A stretch of 64,000 nucleotides of DNA from Vicinamibacteria bacterium (lineage in GTDB: Bacteria > Acidobacteriota > Vicinamibacteria > Marinacidobacterales > Marinacidobacteraceae): contig OY821641.1 in assembly GCA_963555995.3 (NCBI GenBank), positions 1,824,001-1,888,000 on the forward strand, given 5' to 3'. Below the pieces are notes generated by a model. That model worked only from the letters and a program-made list of their open reading frames with translations, made no database searches and was not told the DNA's origin. Shown piece by piece: positions 30,381-39,728 of this stretch. A program made the position numbers and the translations under genes. Numbering within the stretch: position 1 is the stretch's first letter; each line of letters starts with the position of its first letter.

Positions 30381-30408
30381 GTATCCGCCATCTTCACTAC
30401 CGGATAGA

Positions 30409-31410
30409 TCAGGATCCCCCCGGGAAGAGCGCCGCCAGGAACTCGTCGTCGAGGCCCGGATGCCGGGTCCAGCGCAGCGTGGACTCGAGCTGGCCGCGGA
30501 AGAGATCGTTCATCCCGGCGGCCTTCCGGAGGACCTCGAGGGCGCGGTCCCGGTTGCCCAGCGAGTAGCTCAGCAGGCCCAGGTGCAGCCAGGGGTCGGA
30601 GGCATCGGGCCAGAGTTCGGTGGCCCGTTCCGCCGCCGCCAGCGCGCCGGCGCCGTCGCCGGCCTGGTTCCGCTCCCGGCTGCGGGACATCGCGGTGATC
30701 GCGAGGTTGATGTTCAGCACCCGTCCGAGTTCCTCGATCGGGCGCGGGTGGTCCTCGACCTGGAGCCTCGCCACCACGTCGTTGTTGATGTTCCGGCCCA
30801 TCCCCTTGCCGACCACCAGCAGCGCCGACGACTGCCGCCCGCGGGCGTCTCCGCCGGCCTCCTGTCCGGCGACCATCGCCGCCTGCATCTTCTCCGCGAG
30901 CGTGCCCCCGGCGGCCTCGAAGGCGTCCCCCATCGCCTCCACGACCTCGGGTCCGGTCAGGATGTTCCCCTGCGCCGAGTAGTGCTCACCCACCCGGTGC
31001 CCGGCCCAGAACGTGGCGGTCGGCCCGGTGTGGGCCGCGATCCCGCCGTTCGCGTCCACCACCGCGAACTGCCGTCCCTCGAGGCCGGGGAAGGTGTCCT
31101 CGGCGAGCAGCCGGTCCTTCACCTCCTCGGCGCTCAGCCCCTGCCGCAGGAGGTCGAGTCCCTGGAGGCCGTAACCGGCGTTCACGTTGGCCTGGGTGGC
31201 GACCACGCCGACTCCGGCCTCTCCCCACGGAACCACGTGCCCCACCGAGAAGTACCGGGACTGGACCGCGACCCCCATCTCCCCGGTGTCGGGGTCGTAG
31301 GCGACGATGGAGAAGGTCGCGACCGGCGGGTGGGTGGCCTGCGCCAGCGCCGGCGCCGCGCCCACCCCGAGAATGAGGAGGGCGGTGATGAGGATTCGTC
31401 TCGCGCGCAC
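30409..31410 (-). CDS. DUF1028 (Ntn-hydrolase-like) protein with a C-terminal TPR
   Basis: ATFSIVAYD..GVAVQS, GVVATQA, AQGNIL and GGDARGRQSSAL; GGAGG RBS before the GTG. Confidence 0.85.
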   Translation of the reverse strand: MRARRILITALLILGVGAAPALAQATHPPVATFSIVAYDPDTGEMGVAVQSRYFSVGHVVPWGEAGVGVVATQANVNAGYGLQGLDLLRQGLSAEEVKDRLLAEDTFPGLEGRQFAVVDANGGIAAHTGPTATFWAGHRVGEHYSAQGNILTGPEVVEAMGDAFEAAGGTLAEKMQAAMVAGQEAGGDARGRQSSALLVVGKGMGRNINNDVVARLQVEDHPRPIEELGRVLNINLAITAMSRSRERNQAGDGAGALAAAERATELWPDASDPWLHLGLLSYSLGNRDRALEVLRKAAGMNDLFRGQLESTLRWTRHPGLDDEFLAALFPGGS

Positions 31411-31516
31411 GTTGCAGTTCCTCCCGTGTCTGGACAGCGGGCTCATGGTACGCGCCTCCGGCGGGCTCCGGCGAAACCAACCGCGCGTCAGCCAGGCGCC
31501 GTGATGGCGCCGCCGG

Positions 31517-31727
31517 GGGAGCGCCGGTCTTCAGACCGGCACGCGCTGCGCAAGCGCGCAGCGCACGACACGAGGCTGGCCGGCGCGGTGGCGCTCGGCT
31601 CCCGGTTCATCACCGCAGACAGCGACTCGACATCCGCGGGCCTGCGGCCCGCGGTGCCGGTCTGAAGACCGGCGCTCCCGGGCGTTTCGCGCTTCCGCGT
31701 GATGCCAGCCGGAGGCTGGCGCTCCGA
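31517..31727. repeat. REPIN-like element (type B, interior II) plus a single type-C arm
   Basis: Inverted pair at 31517-31680; GATGCCAGCCGGAGGCTGGCGCTCCGA at about 31701-31727. Confidence 0.8.
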
Positions 31728-31731
31728 CGGA

Positions 31732-32871
31732 TCAGCGGGGAGGTTCCGGCCGGGCGCCCTCCTCCCGGTTGAGGTCCTCGAAGCGCTCGAGCGCCGCCGC
31801 GGCTCCTTCCTCGTCGCCGAGGCGGCGCCGCGCGAAGGAGAGCTGGTAGTAGGCGTCGGCATAGTCCGGGGCGTGGCGGATCGCGGTCTCCAGCAGGCGG
31901 GCCGCCTCCTCTGCGTCGCCCCGGCGGAGCGCGATCTTCCCGAGGTTGAGCCACGCCTCCGGGAAGTCCTCTCCCTGTTCGAGGGCGCGCCGGAACGCGG
32001 CTTCCGCCCGGTCCAGTTCCTGCCGGCGCAGCGCCGTCAGCCCGAGGAAGTGATGGGCGCGGCGGAGTCCGGGGTCGAGCGCGATGGCCCGTTCGAGGCG
32101 CGCCTCGGAAGCCTCGAAGTCCTCGCCGCGCCAGTCGAGGTAGCCGAGCTGCAGGAGCGTCTCGGCGTCGTCCGGCGCGAACTCCAGGTGCCGCTCGTAG
32201 GCGGCCCGGGCCTCCTCCAGCCGTTCCTGACCGACGAGCGCCGCACCGAGGTCGGCGAAAATCGCCGGATCCTCCCGGTAGCCGAGCTCGAGCGCCCGTT
32301 CGAGCCCCGCCTGGGCCTCCGGCCAGCGTTCGAGGCGCAGCAGCAGACGGCCCAGGAACCGGTGCATCCCGGGGTCGCGGGGCGCGAGTTCGACCGCTCG
32401 CCCGGCCGCCTCCACCGCTTCGGGGAGGCGTCCCGCCTGGTCGAGCACGGCGGCGGCGAGATAGGGAGCCTCATACCGGGAGGGCTCCATCTCGGCGGCG
32501 GCCTCGAGGTGTTCGAGCGCCTCTTCCACTTCCCCGAGCTGTCCGAGCGCCTGCCCGAGCGCCAGCCGGCTGTCCACGAACTGCGGCGCCCGCGCCACCG
32601 CCCCCTCGAGCGGCGGAACCGCGAGTTCCGGCTCCCCGGCGAGGAGCCACATCGCCCCGACCTGGTGGAACGCCGGGACATCCCAGGGCCGGCCCACCAG
32701 GAACTCGTTCAGAAGCCGGGCCGCCTCGTCCCGTTCTCCGGCGGCGATCAGGGCCGCCGCCTCCTCGAAGACCGGCTCCGGCGGCGGTTCCTCCTGGCCG
32801 AGCGCCAGCAGGGCCGGAAGCGCCCACACGGCGGGCGCGAGCAAGAGGGTTCGGAAGGCGCCCGTCCGCAT
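31732..32871 (-). CDS. Secreted tetratricopeptide-repeat protein
   Basis: Signal peptide and about 9 TPR-like helical repeats. Confidence 0.82.
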   Translation of the reverse strand: MRTGAFRTLLLAPAVWALPALLALGQEEPPPEPVFEEAAALIAAGERDEAARLLNEFLVGRPWDVPAFHQVGAMWLLAGEPELAVPPLEGAVARAPQFVDSRLALGQALGQLGEVEEALEHLEAAAEMEPSRYEAPYLAAAVLDQAGRLPEAVEAAGRAVELAPRDPGMHRFLGRLLLRLERWPEAQAGLERALELGYREDPAIFADLGAALVGQERLEEARAAYERHLEFAPDDAETLLQLGYLDWRGEDFEASEARLERAIALDPGLRRAHHFLGLTALRRQELDRAEAAFRRALEQGEDFPEAWLNLGKIALRRGDAEEAARLLETAIRHAPDYADAYYQLSFARRRLGDEEGAAAALERFEDLNREEGARPEPPR

Positions 32872-32894
32872 GAGACACAATCGGCGCCGACCGG

Positions 32895-33806
32895 ATGCTG
32901 GAGCGAACCCGGCCACGCCGCCTCCCGGATTATGCCGCCCGCGGCGTATTCGCGGCGCTGCTGCTGGCGGGCGGCTGCGGCGAGCGGCCGGAGGAGGAAC
33001 TCCGGTCAGCGGACCCGGAACCCACGGCTGATGCGCTTCCCCCCGAAGCGGAGGTCCTGCCGGTCGGCGGCGACATCCAGCGTCCCGAGCGGATCCGGTT
33101 CGAGCCCCCCGCCTACCCCGAGGCGGCGCGCCAGCGGGGCGAAGAGGCGCTCGTCATCCTGGAGCTGACCGTGGACCGGGACGGCAGGGTGGCCGAAGCC
33201 CGCCCGCTCCGGGGACCCGAGGATCTCGGGACCGCGGCGGCGGAGGCGGCGCGCCGCTGGGAGTACGAGCCGACGCTCGTGGACGGCGAACCCGCCGCGG
33301 TGCGGTTCGCCGACACCATCCGCTTCGTCCTCCGCCCGGCCGGCGGCCACGGCATGCGCCTGCCGCCCGGCGCCACCGCGCCCGGGCCGCGCGTCGGCGA
33401 CTTCCCCGACTGGGAGGTCTCGGGGCACGCCTTCACGGCCTGTCCCTGCGACACCCCCTGCCCGTGCCGGTCGAACGGCCCTCCCTCGCACCCTCCCTGT
33501 CACGCCACCACGGCCACCGAGATCACCGCGGGCCACTACGGCGGCCTCGACCTCGCCGGTTCGCGGTTCGTCACCCTCGGGCCGGAAACGTGGGTCGCGC
33601 TCTACTTCGACGAGGCGATGGGCGAACCGCGGCGGCGGGCCATCCTCGGGATCTTCCGCAGCCTCGCTCCGGGGGCGCCCCAGCGCTACCGCGCCATCCG
33701 CCGGGTCCCGCTCTCGATCAGCGAGTCCCGGGGGCCGGGAGAGATCCTCCGGCGCGCCCTCATTCCGGGAATCCTGGAGATGGAGACCACCCTGCCGCTC
33801 AGGTGA
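32895..33806 (+). CDS. TonB C-terminal domain lipoprotein fused to a probably truncated DUF1326-like Cys-rich domain
   Basis: Lipobox AGGC; PAYPEAAR..LTVDRDGRV..WEYEP (TonB-C); WEVSG..ACPCDTPCPC (DUF1326-like). Confidence 0.65.
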   Translation: MLERTRPRRLPDYAARGVFAALLLAGGCGERPEEELRSADPEPTADALPPEAEVLPVGGDIQRPERIRFEPPAYPEAARQRGEEALVILELTVDRDGRVAEARPLRGPEDLGTAAAEAARRWEYEPTLVDGEPAAVRFADTIRFVLRPAGGHGMRLPPGATAPGPRVGDFPDWEVSGHAFTACPCDTPCPCRSNGPPSHPPCHATTATEITAGHYGGLDLAGSRFVTLGPETWVALYFDEAMGEPRRRAILGIFRSLAPGAPQRYRAIRRVPLSISESRGPGEILRRALIPGILEMETTLPLR

Positions 33807-34273
33807 AGTGGGTGGAGCGGATCGAGGTCTGGCCCTCGCGATTCGCCGGCTGGTTCCAGGCCAAGGACTACGTCACCGTGCGCGGAACCGAAACCCCCTC
33901 GGGAATCCTCCACACCGCGAGCGCCATCGGCCGGATGCGGCTCAAGTCCATCATCACCCGCATCGAGCGACCGGCGGGCGGGGACCTCCGCGTCCACGGC
34001 CTCGCCTGGAACGACGGCGCCTCCGAGATCAGCGGCGTCGAGGTGCGGCTCGACGGGGGCGCCTTCCAGCCGGCCGAACTCCTTCCCACCTCCCACCGCT
34101 TCGGCTTCCGCCACTTCCGGCTCGACTGGCCGGCGCCGGCGCCGGGAGAGCACCGGCTCGTTTCCCGGGCGCGGGACGCCGGCGGCGTGCAGCCGACCGA
34201 GGAGGAGGCGTCGCGCTACAAGGCGACTCCCTGGGAGAACAACGGCCAGGTGGTGCGGCGCATCCGCGTCTGA
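33803..34273 (+). pseudogene. C-terminal fragment of a sulfite-oxidase-family molybdoenzyme (dimerisation domain)
   Basis: Starts at VKWVERIEV (end of the Moco-binding domain), then KSIITR, GLAW, VEVRLDGG and SRARDAGG; the catalytic N-terminal part is missing. Confidence 0.65.
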
Positions 34274-34410
34274 GCAGCGCTGTGGATTTGCTGTGAAGGC
34301 GCGGTCTTGCGGGGTTGGCCAACAGCCGTGATCGCGCCGCCGGCCTGGAACCTCCACCGGGAGAAACCGTCATGATCGGTCCACCCGCACCCCGCGCCGG
34401 ACATGACAAC

Positions 34411-34815
34411 GGCTTGGAACGCCGGCTTCAGCCGGCACCCGCCGCGCGGAGCGCAGCGGAACGACGTACCGCGGCTGCCCGCATGGCGCGTGGGCAGGCG
34501 AGGGGCCAGCGAAAGAACTGGTCTCCGGCGTTCCCGGCCTTCGCGCCATGCCGGCAGATGAGATCCTTCCCGCCGCCCGCCCTTGGCGGGCTGTGCCGGC
34601 TGAAGCCGGCGTTCCAAACCGGCGGCGCCCTCACGGCTGTCGGCGGACCCGCGGGGCTGTATCTTCACAGCAACCGTGCCGGCTGACGCCGGCGTTCCAA
34701 ACGGTCCCCGCCCCCTTGGGCCTCGGCGTCGCGGCCCGCAGCTTCATGCCCGGCGGGGTGCGTTTCGCTCCGCTATTGCGGAGCGATGCCGGTCTGAAGA
34801 CCGGCGCTCCCAGCC
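34411..34815. repeat. REPIN-like element (type A, interior I) plus two extra single arms
   Basis: Inverted pair at 34411-34620; further arms at about 34675-34702 (type A) and 34785-34815 (type B, inside the MFS 3' end). Confidence 0.8.
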
Positions 34816-36128
34816 CGGGGGGCGGCGATGCCGAAGTCCCGGAGGGTGCTCTCCATAGTCGGCTTCTTCAGGCGGATGCGTTCGTCGTTCAGCAGGTAGG
34901 AGAAGAGATAGCCACCGCCGAGCATCAGGATGCCGATCAGGAAGCAGTACATGACCGCCCGGTCGGGATAGGTGTCCTTCAGGTAGCCCACGTAGAGCGG
35001 GCCGGCGATCCCCGCCGCCGCCCAAGCGGTGAGCACCGCGCCATAGACCGCCGACATCCGGCGCGCGCCGAACATGTCCAGAATGAAGGGGGGCATGGTG
35101 GCGAAGCCGCCGCCGAAGCAGAGCAGGACGTAGCAGACGAGTACCGAGAACACCCAGGGGTTCGTCTCGGTCATGAGGACGCCGAAGACGATCATCTGGG
35201 TGGAGAGCAGGATCCGGAAGACGGCCACGCGGCCGATCCGGTCCGAGAGCAGTCCCCAGAACAGGCGGCCGACGCCGTTGAAGACCGAACTCACCGCGAT
35301 CAGGGTGGCCCCGTACTCGGCGAGCACCGCCGGCTCCAGCGAGGGGTCGGCGAGGCTCCAGACCTCCCGGAGCAGTTCCGACTGGAAGCTGATGATGGAG
35401 ATGCCGGCGGCGATGTTGAAGAAGAAGACGACCCACAGCAGCAGGAACTGCCCGGTCTTCAGGTAGGCGCCGACCGAATCGGACTCCTCGCTTCCCGGCG
35501 CTCCGGCCGCCGCGGCTCCGCCCGCCGCCGGAGCCGCGGCGGGCGGATTGCTCATCAGCAGGCTCGCCGGGAGCAGGATGAGCGCGAAGACGCCGCCCAG
35601 CCCGAAAAAGACCAGCGGCAGCTCGCCCGCCGTCTGGACGACCAGCACCGGGGCGAGGCCCTTGCTGAGCAGGAGGGCGCCCACCCCGAAACCCATGACC
35701 ACGATGCCGGTGGCGAGGCCTTTCTTCTCGGGAAACCACTTCGCCACGGTGGCCACCGGGGTCACGTAGCCCATGCCGATCCCGATCCCGCCGATCACCC
35801 CGTAGCCGAGACAGAACAGCGGCACGCTGTCCACCTGGAGCGCAAAGCCCGCGATGAAGTAGCCGCCGCAGAACAACGTGCTTCCGGCAAGCGCCAGCTT
35901 CCGCGGTCCCACCCGCGGCAGCACCTGGCCCGCCCACGCCGCCGAGACGCCCAGCGAAAAGATGGCCACGCTGAAGGCCCAGGCGGTCTCCGTGAAGGTC
36001 CAGCCCGACTGCCGGACCAGCAGGGTCTGGAAGAAGCTCCACGCGTACACCGTCCCGAAGCAGAGCTGCAGCACCGTGCACACGGTGACCGCCAGCAGAC
36101 GGGAGAGACCCGGCGGCAACGAGATCAA
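34773..36128 (-). CDS. OFA (oxalate/formate antiporter-like) family MFS transporter
   Basis: GTVYAWS, GIGIGMGY..VAKWFPEKKGLATG and FNGVGRLFWG.LSDRIGR. Confidence 0.88.
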   Translation of the reverse strand: MISLPPGLSRLLAVTVCTVLQLCFGTVYAWSFFQTLLVRQSGWTFTETAWAFSVAIFSLGVSAAWAGQVLPRVGPRKLALAGSTLFCGGYFIAGFALQVDSVPLFCLGYGVIGGIGIGMGYVTPVATVAKWFPEKKGLATGIVVMGFGVGALLLSKGLAPVLVVQTAGELPLVFFGLGGVFALILLPASLLMSNPPAAAPAAGGAAAAGAPGSEESDSVGAYLKTGQFLLLWVVFFFNIAAGISIISFQSELLREVWSLADPSLEPAVLAEYGATLIAVSSVFNGVGRLFWGLLSDRIGRVAVFRILLSTQMIVFGVLMTETNPWVFSVLVCYVLLCFGGGFATMPPFILDMFGARRMSAVYGAVLTAWAAAGIAGPLYVGYLKDTYPDRAVMYCFLIGILMLGGGYLFSYLLNDERIRLKKPTMESTLRDFGIAAPRAGSAGLQTGIAPQ

Positions 36129-36161
36129 ACGGTTCCCCTCAGCGGGACGGCGCGGCGGCCG

Positions 36162-36926
36162 TCACGCCGCCGAGCGGGCCTCTCCCTCGTTGGGAAGCGC
36201 CCCGGGGCCCGAAGGGGGACGGGTCTCGGACAAGTAGAGGATCAGCCGGGCCAGTTGCCCGACCTCGTCGTCGCGCTCGAGCAACCCCTCGTTCCGAACC
36301 GCATGCGCCCGTTGCTCCGGGGGACGCCGGGCCGTCTCCACGGCATACGAGAGCAGCTCCGCCAGCGGCCGGGCAACCAGGTTGACCAGCCAGATGGACG
36401 CCAGGATCCCGAGCACCAGCAGGATGGAGATCAGATAGACCTGCTGCCCGATGGCCCGCTGGATCTTCAGGGCGACGAGGTCCAGGTCCATCCCGAGGTG
36501 GACCGTCCCCGCGACCCCGGCCAGGATGGGGCTGCTGACCTCGATGAAGTCGCCCATTCCGGGCAGGTTGCGTTCCACGGGCTCGGTCCGGAAGGGATCG
36601 CTCTCCCGGATCGCTTCCGGAATCCCCGGCACGAAGGTGTGGGCGAGGAACTCGCCCGTCTCGTCGGTGATGTAGATGTAGCGGATCCCCTGCACCTCCA
36701 CGAACTGGTCAATCAGCGACTGCAGGGTCGCGAGGTTCCGGTTCAGCAGGATGTCCACGCTCGCGTCGGCGATGGTCTTCGCGATGCTCTGGCTGTTGGC
36801 GGCGTATTCCGCCGAGAGCTCGGTGTCCACCGTCCGGATGCAGAGCAGCGAGGTGGACAGGACGATGAGCCCGAACAGCGCGAAGATGCCGAACCGCATC
36901 CGTTGGAAGAGCTTGTGAACTTTCAT
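36162..36926 (-). CDS. Membrane sensor-like protein (periplasmic domain + HAMP) with no output domain
   Basis: Two TM helices flanking a periplasmic region; HAMP-like RPL...RDDEVGQLAR followed shortly by the stop. Confidence 0.7.
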   Translation of the reverse strand: MKVHKLFQRMRFGIFALFGLIVLSTSLLCIRTVDTELSAEYAANSQSIAKTIADASVDILLNRNLATLQSLIDQFVEVQGIRYIYITDETGEFLAHTFVPGIPEAIRESDPFRTEPVERNLPGMGDFIEVSSPILAGVAGTVHLGMDLDLVALKIQRAIGQQVYLISILLVLGILASIWLVNLVARPLAELLSYAVETARRPPEQRAHAVRNEGLLERDDEVGQLARLILYLSETRPPSGPGALPNEGEARSAA

Positions 36927-36927
36927 G

Positions 36928-38289
36928 TCAGGCGGGTAGGGCGTTCCAGTCGGTCAACGGAACGAAGCGGCCGTCCTCCACGACGGTGTAGTAGACGCGC
37001 TGGAGTCCCTGGCGCCGGTCCGGCCCGAAGGACACCTGCTCGCCGATGCCGAGGTCGAAGTTTCGGATCGAGAACACCGCGTCCTCCAGTCCGGCCCGGG
37101 TCGGTTCCCCGTCGAAGCGCCGGAAGATCTCGCACATCAGCTTCGCGTTCATGAACCCCTCCAGGCTGACGAAGCTCTGGGGCAGCGGGTCGTAGGGGTC
37201 GTCGAGGAACCGCTCCGGGATCTGCGGGTCGTGGCGCGCCATGAGCTCGCGGTATTCCCGGACCGCCGGCACGGTTTCGTCCTCGTAGCTGGGCACCACC
37301 TGCGAGTTGACGAGCCACCGGGTATAAGTCTCCGGGTCGTCGCGCCCCTCGCTGAGCAGGTTCACGAGGTTCTCGCTGCCGACGAAGGAGAGATTCGCGA
37401 TGGGCACCCGGAGCCCCAGGTCAATGGCGTCCCGGGCGAACGCGGCGCAGGCCGCGTACGCCCCCACGCAGATCACGGCGTCGGGCGCCGCCCGCTGGAG
37501 GATTTCGACCTGGGCGCGCATCGTGCCGGTGAAGCGGGCGCCCCGCTGATAGGTCGCCTCGCCGGCGATCGTCTCCCCGTGGTTCTCGAGCGCGGCCCGG
37601 ACTCCGGCCCAGCCGCTGCGGCCATAGGCATCCGCCTGGTAGAAGACGGCGATGCGGCGCCGACCGGTGGCGAGGAAGTTCTCGACCAGCCCGGCCGTTT
37701 CCTGGCGGTAGGAAGCGCGCAGGTTGAACGCGAAGTCGCCGTAGGGCGGCTCCCGCTGCGGCTGCGCCCCGGTGAACGGGAAGAACATGTAGATCTGTTC
37801 TTCCTGGAACTTCTTGAGCATCGGCAGCACCCGCGTCACGGTGGGCGTGCCCACGTAGCCGAACAACAGGAAGACCTGGTCCTCCAGCATCAGTTTGAGC
37901 GTGTTCTGGACACACGGGTCGGGCTGGTAGCCGTCGTCGTACAACTTCAGCGTGACCCGGCGTCCGCCGATGCCTCCGGAGTCGTTGACCTGGCGGAAGT
38001 AGGCCATCGCGCCCCGGTACAGCTCGTTGCCCAGTCCCCGCGATGGACCGGTGAACGCGGCCGACGTCCCGAGGACGATCGCGTCGCCGGAATCGCCCGG
38101 GGCCGGGGTCTGGCGAGCCGGCGCCGCCGGGGATCCCCGCCTCGCCCCCAAGCCCGGAGCGGCATTCGCGAACCGGGCCCAGGGAGCGAGCAGCGCCGCC
38201 GCGCAACCGTACCGGACGAGGGACCTGCGACTCCGGAGCGGCTCGGGCTCACCCGTTCCTCTCCGGCCGGACTGCGTCGAACTCGTCAT
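36928..38289 (-). CDS. ABC-type branched-chain-amino-acid-like substrate-binding protein
   Basis: LGTSAAFTGP, YDDGYQP, GYVGTPT, FNLRASY and YQADAYG; RR-containing signal peptide. Confidence 0.85.
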   Translation of the reverse strand: MTSSTQSGRRGTGEPEPLRSRRSLVRYGCAAALLAPWARFANAAPGLGARRGSPAAPARQTPAPGDSGDAIVLGTSAAFTGPSRGLGNELYRGAMAYFRQVNDSGGIGGRRVTLKLYDDGYQPDPCVQNTLKLMLEDQVFLLFGYVGTPTVTRVLPMLKKFQEEQIYMFFPFTGAQPQREPPYGDFAFNLRASYRQETAGLVENFLATGRRRIAVFYQADAYGRSGWAGVRAALENHGETIAGEATYQRGARFTGTMRAQVEILQRAAPDAVICVGAYAACAAFARDAIDLGLRVPIANLSFVGSENLVNLLSEGRDDPETYTRWLVNSQVVPSYEDETVPAVREYRELMARHDPQIPERFLDDPYDPLPQSFVSLEGFMNAKLMCEIFRRFDGEPTRAGLEDAVFSIRNFDLGIGEQVSFGPDRRQGLQRVYYTVVEDGRFVPLTDWNALPA

Positions 38290-38441
38290 CCTGCTCCTTG
38301 CCCTTCCGCGCACCTCTCAGGGCGCTGGTGGAGCGCCCGGGTTGCCACACCGCCGGGACGCCAATTTCTCGATGATACCGTGGCGATGAGACCTCCGGTT
38401 CCCGCCGGTGAGACAATCACGGACGCGATCGGAGCACACCC

Positions 38442-39728
38442 ATGCGTCACCCGAACGACCTGACCCCGAACCGCCGCCGGTTCCTGCGCTACCTGGCGGG
38501 AAGCCCGCTGCTGCTCGGCGCCGGGTGCTGGGAGCCGCGCGCCGCCGCCCAGGGCCCGGCTCCGGGTTCCGATCAGGAGAGCGCGGAACTCTTCGGGTAC
38601 AACGGCTTCCCCCGGACGCCGATCGGCTCGCCCGAAGAAGCGGCGGACATCTTCGACTTCCGGGTGCTGGCGGAGCGCAACCTGCCGCCGGCCCACTACG
38701 GGTACATGGCGACCGGAGTGGACGGCGAAGGCACCCTGGCCGCGAACCGCCGGGCGCTGGAGAACGTGGGGATCAGGGCGCGCCGGCTGGTGGACGTCTC
38801 GGACCCCGACATGTCGGTGGAGATCTTCGGCCGGCGCTGGACGTCTCCCATCGCCATCGCCCCCTGCGGAAGCCAGAAGGCGTTTCATCCCGAAGGCGAG
38901 GTCGCGGTGGCCCGCGCGGCGCGGACGATGGACCACCTCCAACTGCTGTCCACGGTGACGACTTCCAGCGTGGAAGAGGTCAACGAGGCGCGGGGCGAAC
39001 CGGTCTGGTACCAGCTCTACCCGACCACCAACTTCGAGGTGACGAAGCAGCTCGTAGCGCGGGCGGAGGCCGCCGGTTGCCCGGCGGTGGCGCTGACCGT
39101 GGACCTCCCGGTGGGAAGCAACCGGATCAGCACCCCGCTGACCGCTCGCCTCGACGAACGGGAATGCGAGATCTGCCACGTTCCCGGCCTCGCGGGGTAC
39201 GTGTCCCGCAAGCGCATGTTCGACGGCATTGACGTGGCGGACATCACCGGGCGCAGCCGCTATGCGGGGCTCAACCAGCCCCGCCTCACCTGGGAGGTCG
39301 TGAAGCGTCTCCGGGACATGACCTCCATGAAGGTGCTCCTGAAGGGCATCGTCACCGCCGAGGATGCCGAACTCTGCCTCGAGCACGGCGTGGACGGGAT
39401 CGTGGTCTCGAACCACGGCGGGCGCGCCGAGGAGAGCGGGATCGCCACCATTGACAGCCTTCCCGAGGTGGTGCAGGTCATTGGCGGACGGATTCCGGTC
39501 ATCATGGACAGCGGCATCCGCCGCGGGGTGGACGTATTCAAGGCGCTGGCGCTGGGCGCCGACGCCGTCCTGATCGGCCGCGCCTACCTCTGGGGGCTGG
39601 CCGCCTTCGGGGAAGCGGGGGTGGAGATGGTCCTGCGGATTCTGCGCGACGAGCTGCGCGTCGCGATGCAGCTCGCGGGGACGCCGAGTCTTGCGGACAT
39701 CGGCCCGCGATCGGTGCTCCGCCGCTGA
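38442..39728 (+). CDS. FMN-dependent alpha-hydroxy-acid oxidase/dehydrogenase with a Tat signal
   Basis: NRRRFL; WYQLY, LTVD, LKGI, VSNHGGR and DSGIRRG. Confidence 0.9.
   Translation: MRHPNDLTPNRRRFLRYLAGSPLLLGAGCWEPRAAAQGPAPGSDQESAELFGYNGFPRTPIGSPEEAADIFDFRVLAERNLPPAHYGYMATGVDGEGTLAANRRALENVGIRARRLVDVSDPDMSVEIFGRRWTSPIAIAPCGSQKAFHPEGEVAVARAARTMDHLQLLSTVTTSSVEEVNEARGEPVWYQLYPTTNFEVTKQLVARAEAAGCPAVALTVDLPVGSNRISTPLTARLDERECEICHVPGLAGYVSRKRMFDGIDVADITGRSRYAGLNQPRLTWEVVKRLRDMTSMKVLLKGIVTAEDAELCLEHGVDGIVVSNHGGRAEESGIATIDSLPEVVQVIGGRIPVIMDSGIRRGVDVFKALALGADAVLIGRAYLWGLAAFGEAGVEMVLRILRDELRVAMQLAGTPSLADIGPRSVLRR

Noticed and set aside
33804-33806. TGA ending the TonB-DUF1326 ORF as a possible selenocysteine
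   Set aside because: It is not at a Cys-motif position, the in-frame read-through is not protein-like, and the coding signal switches frame.
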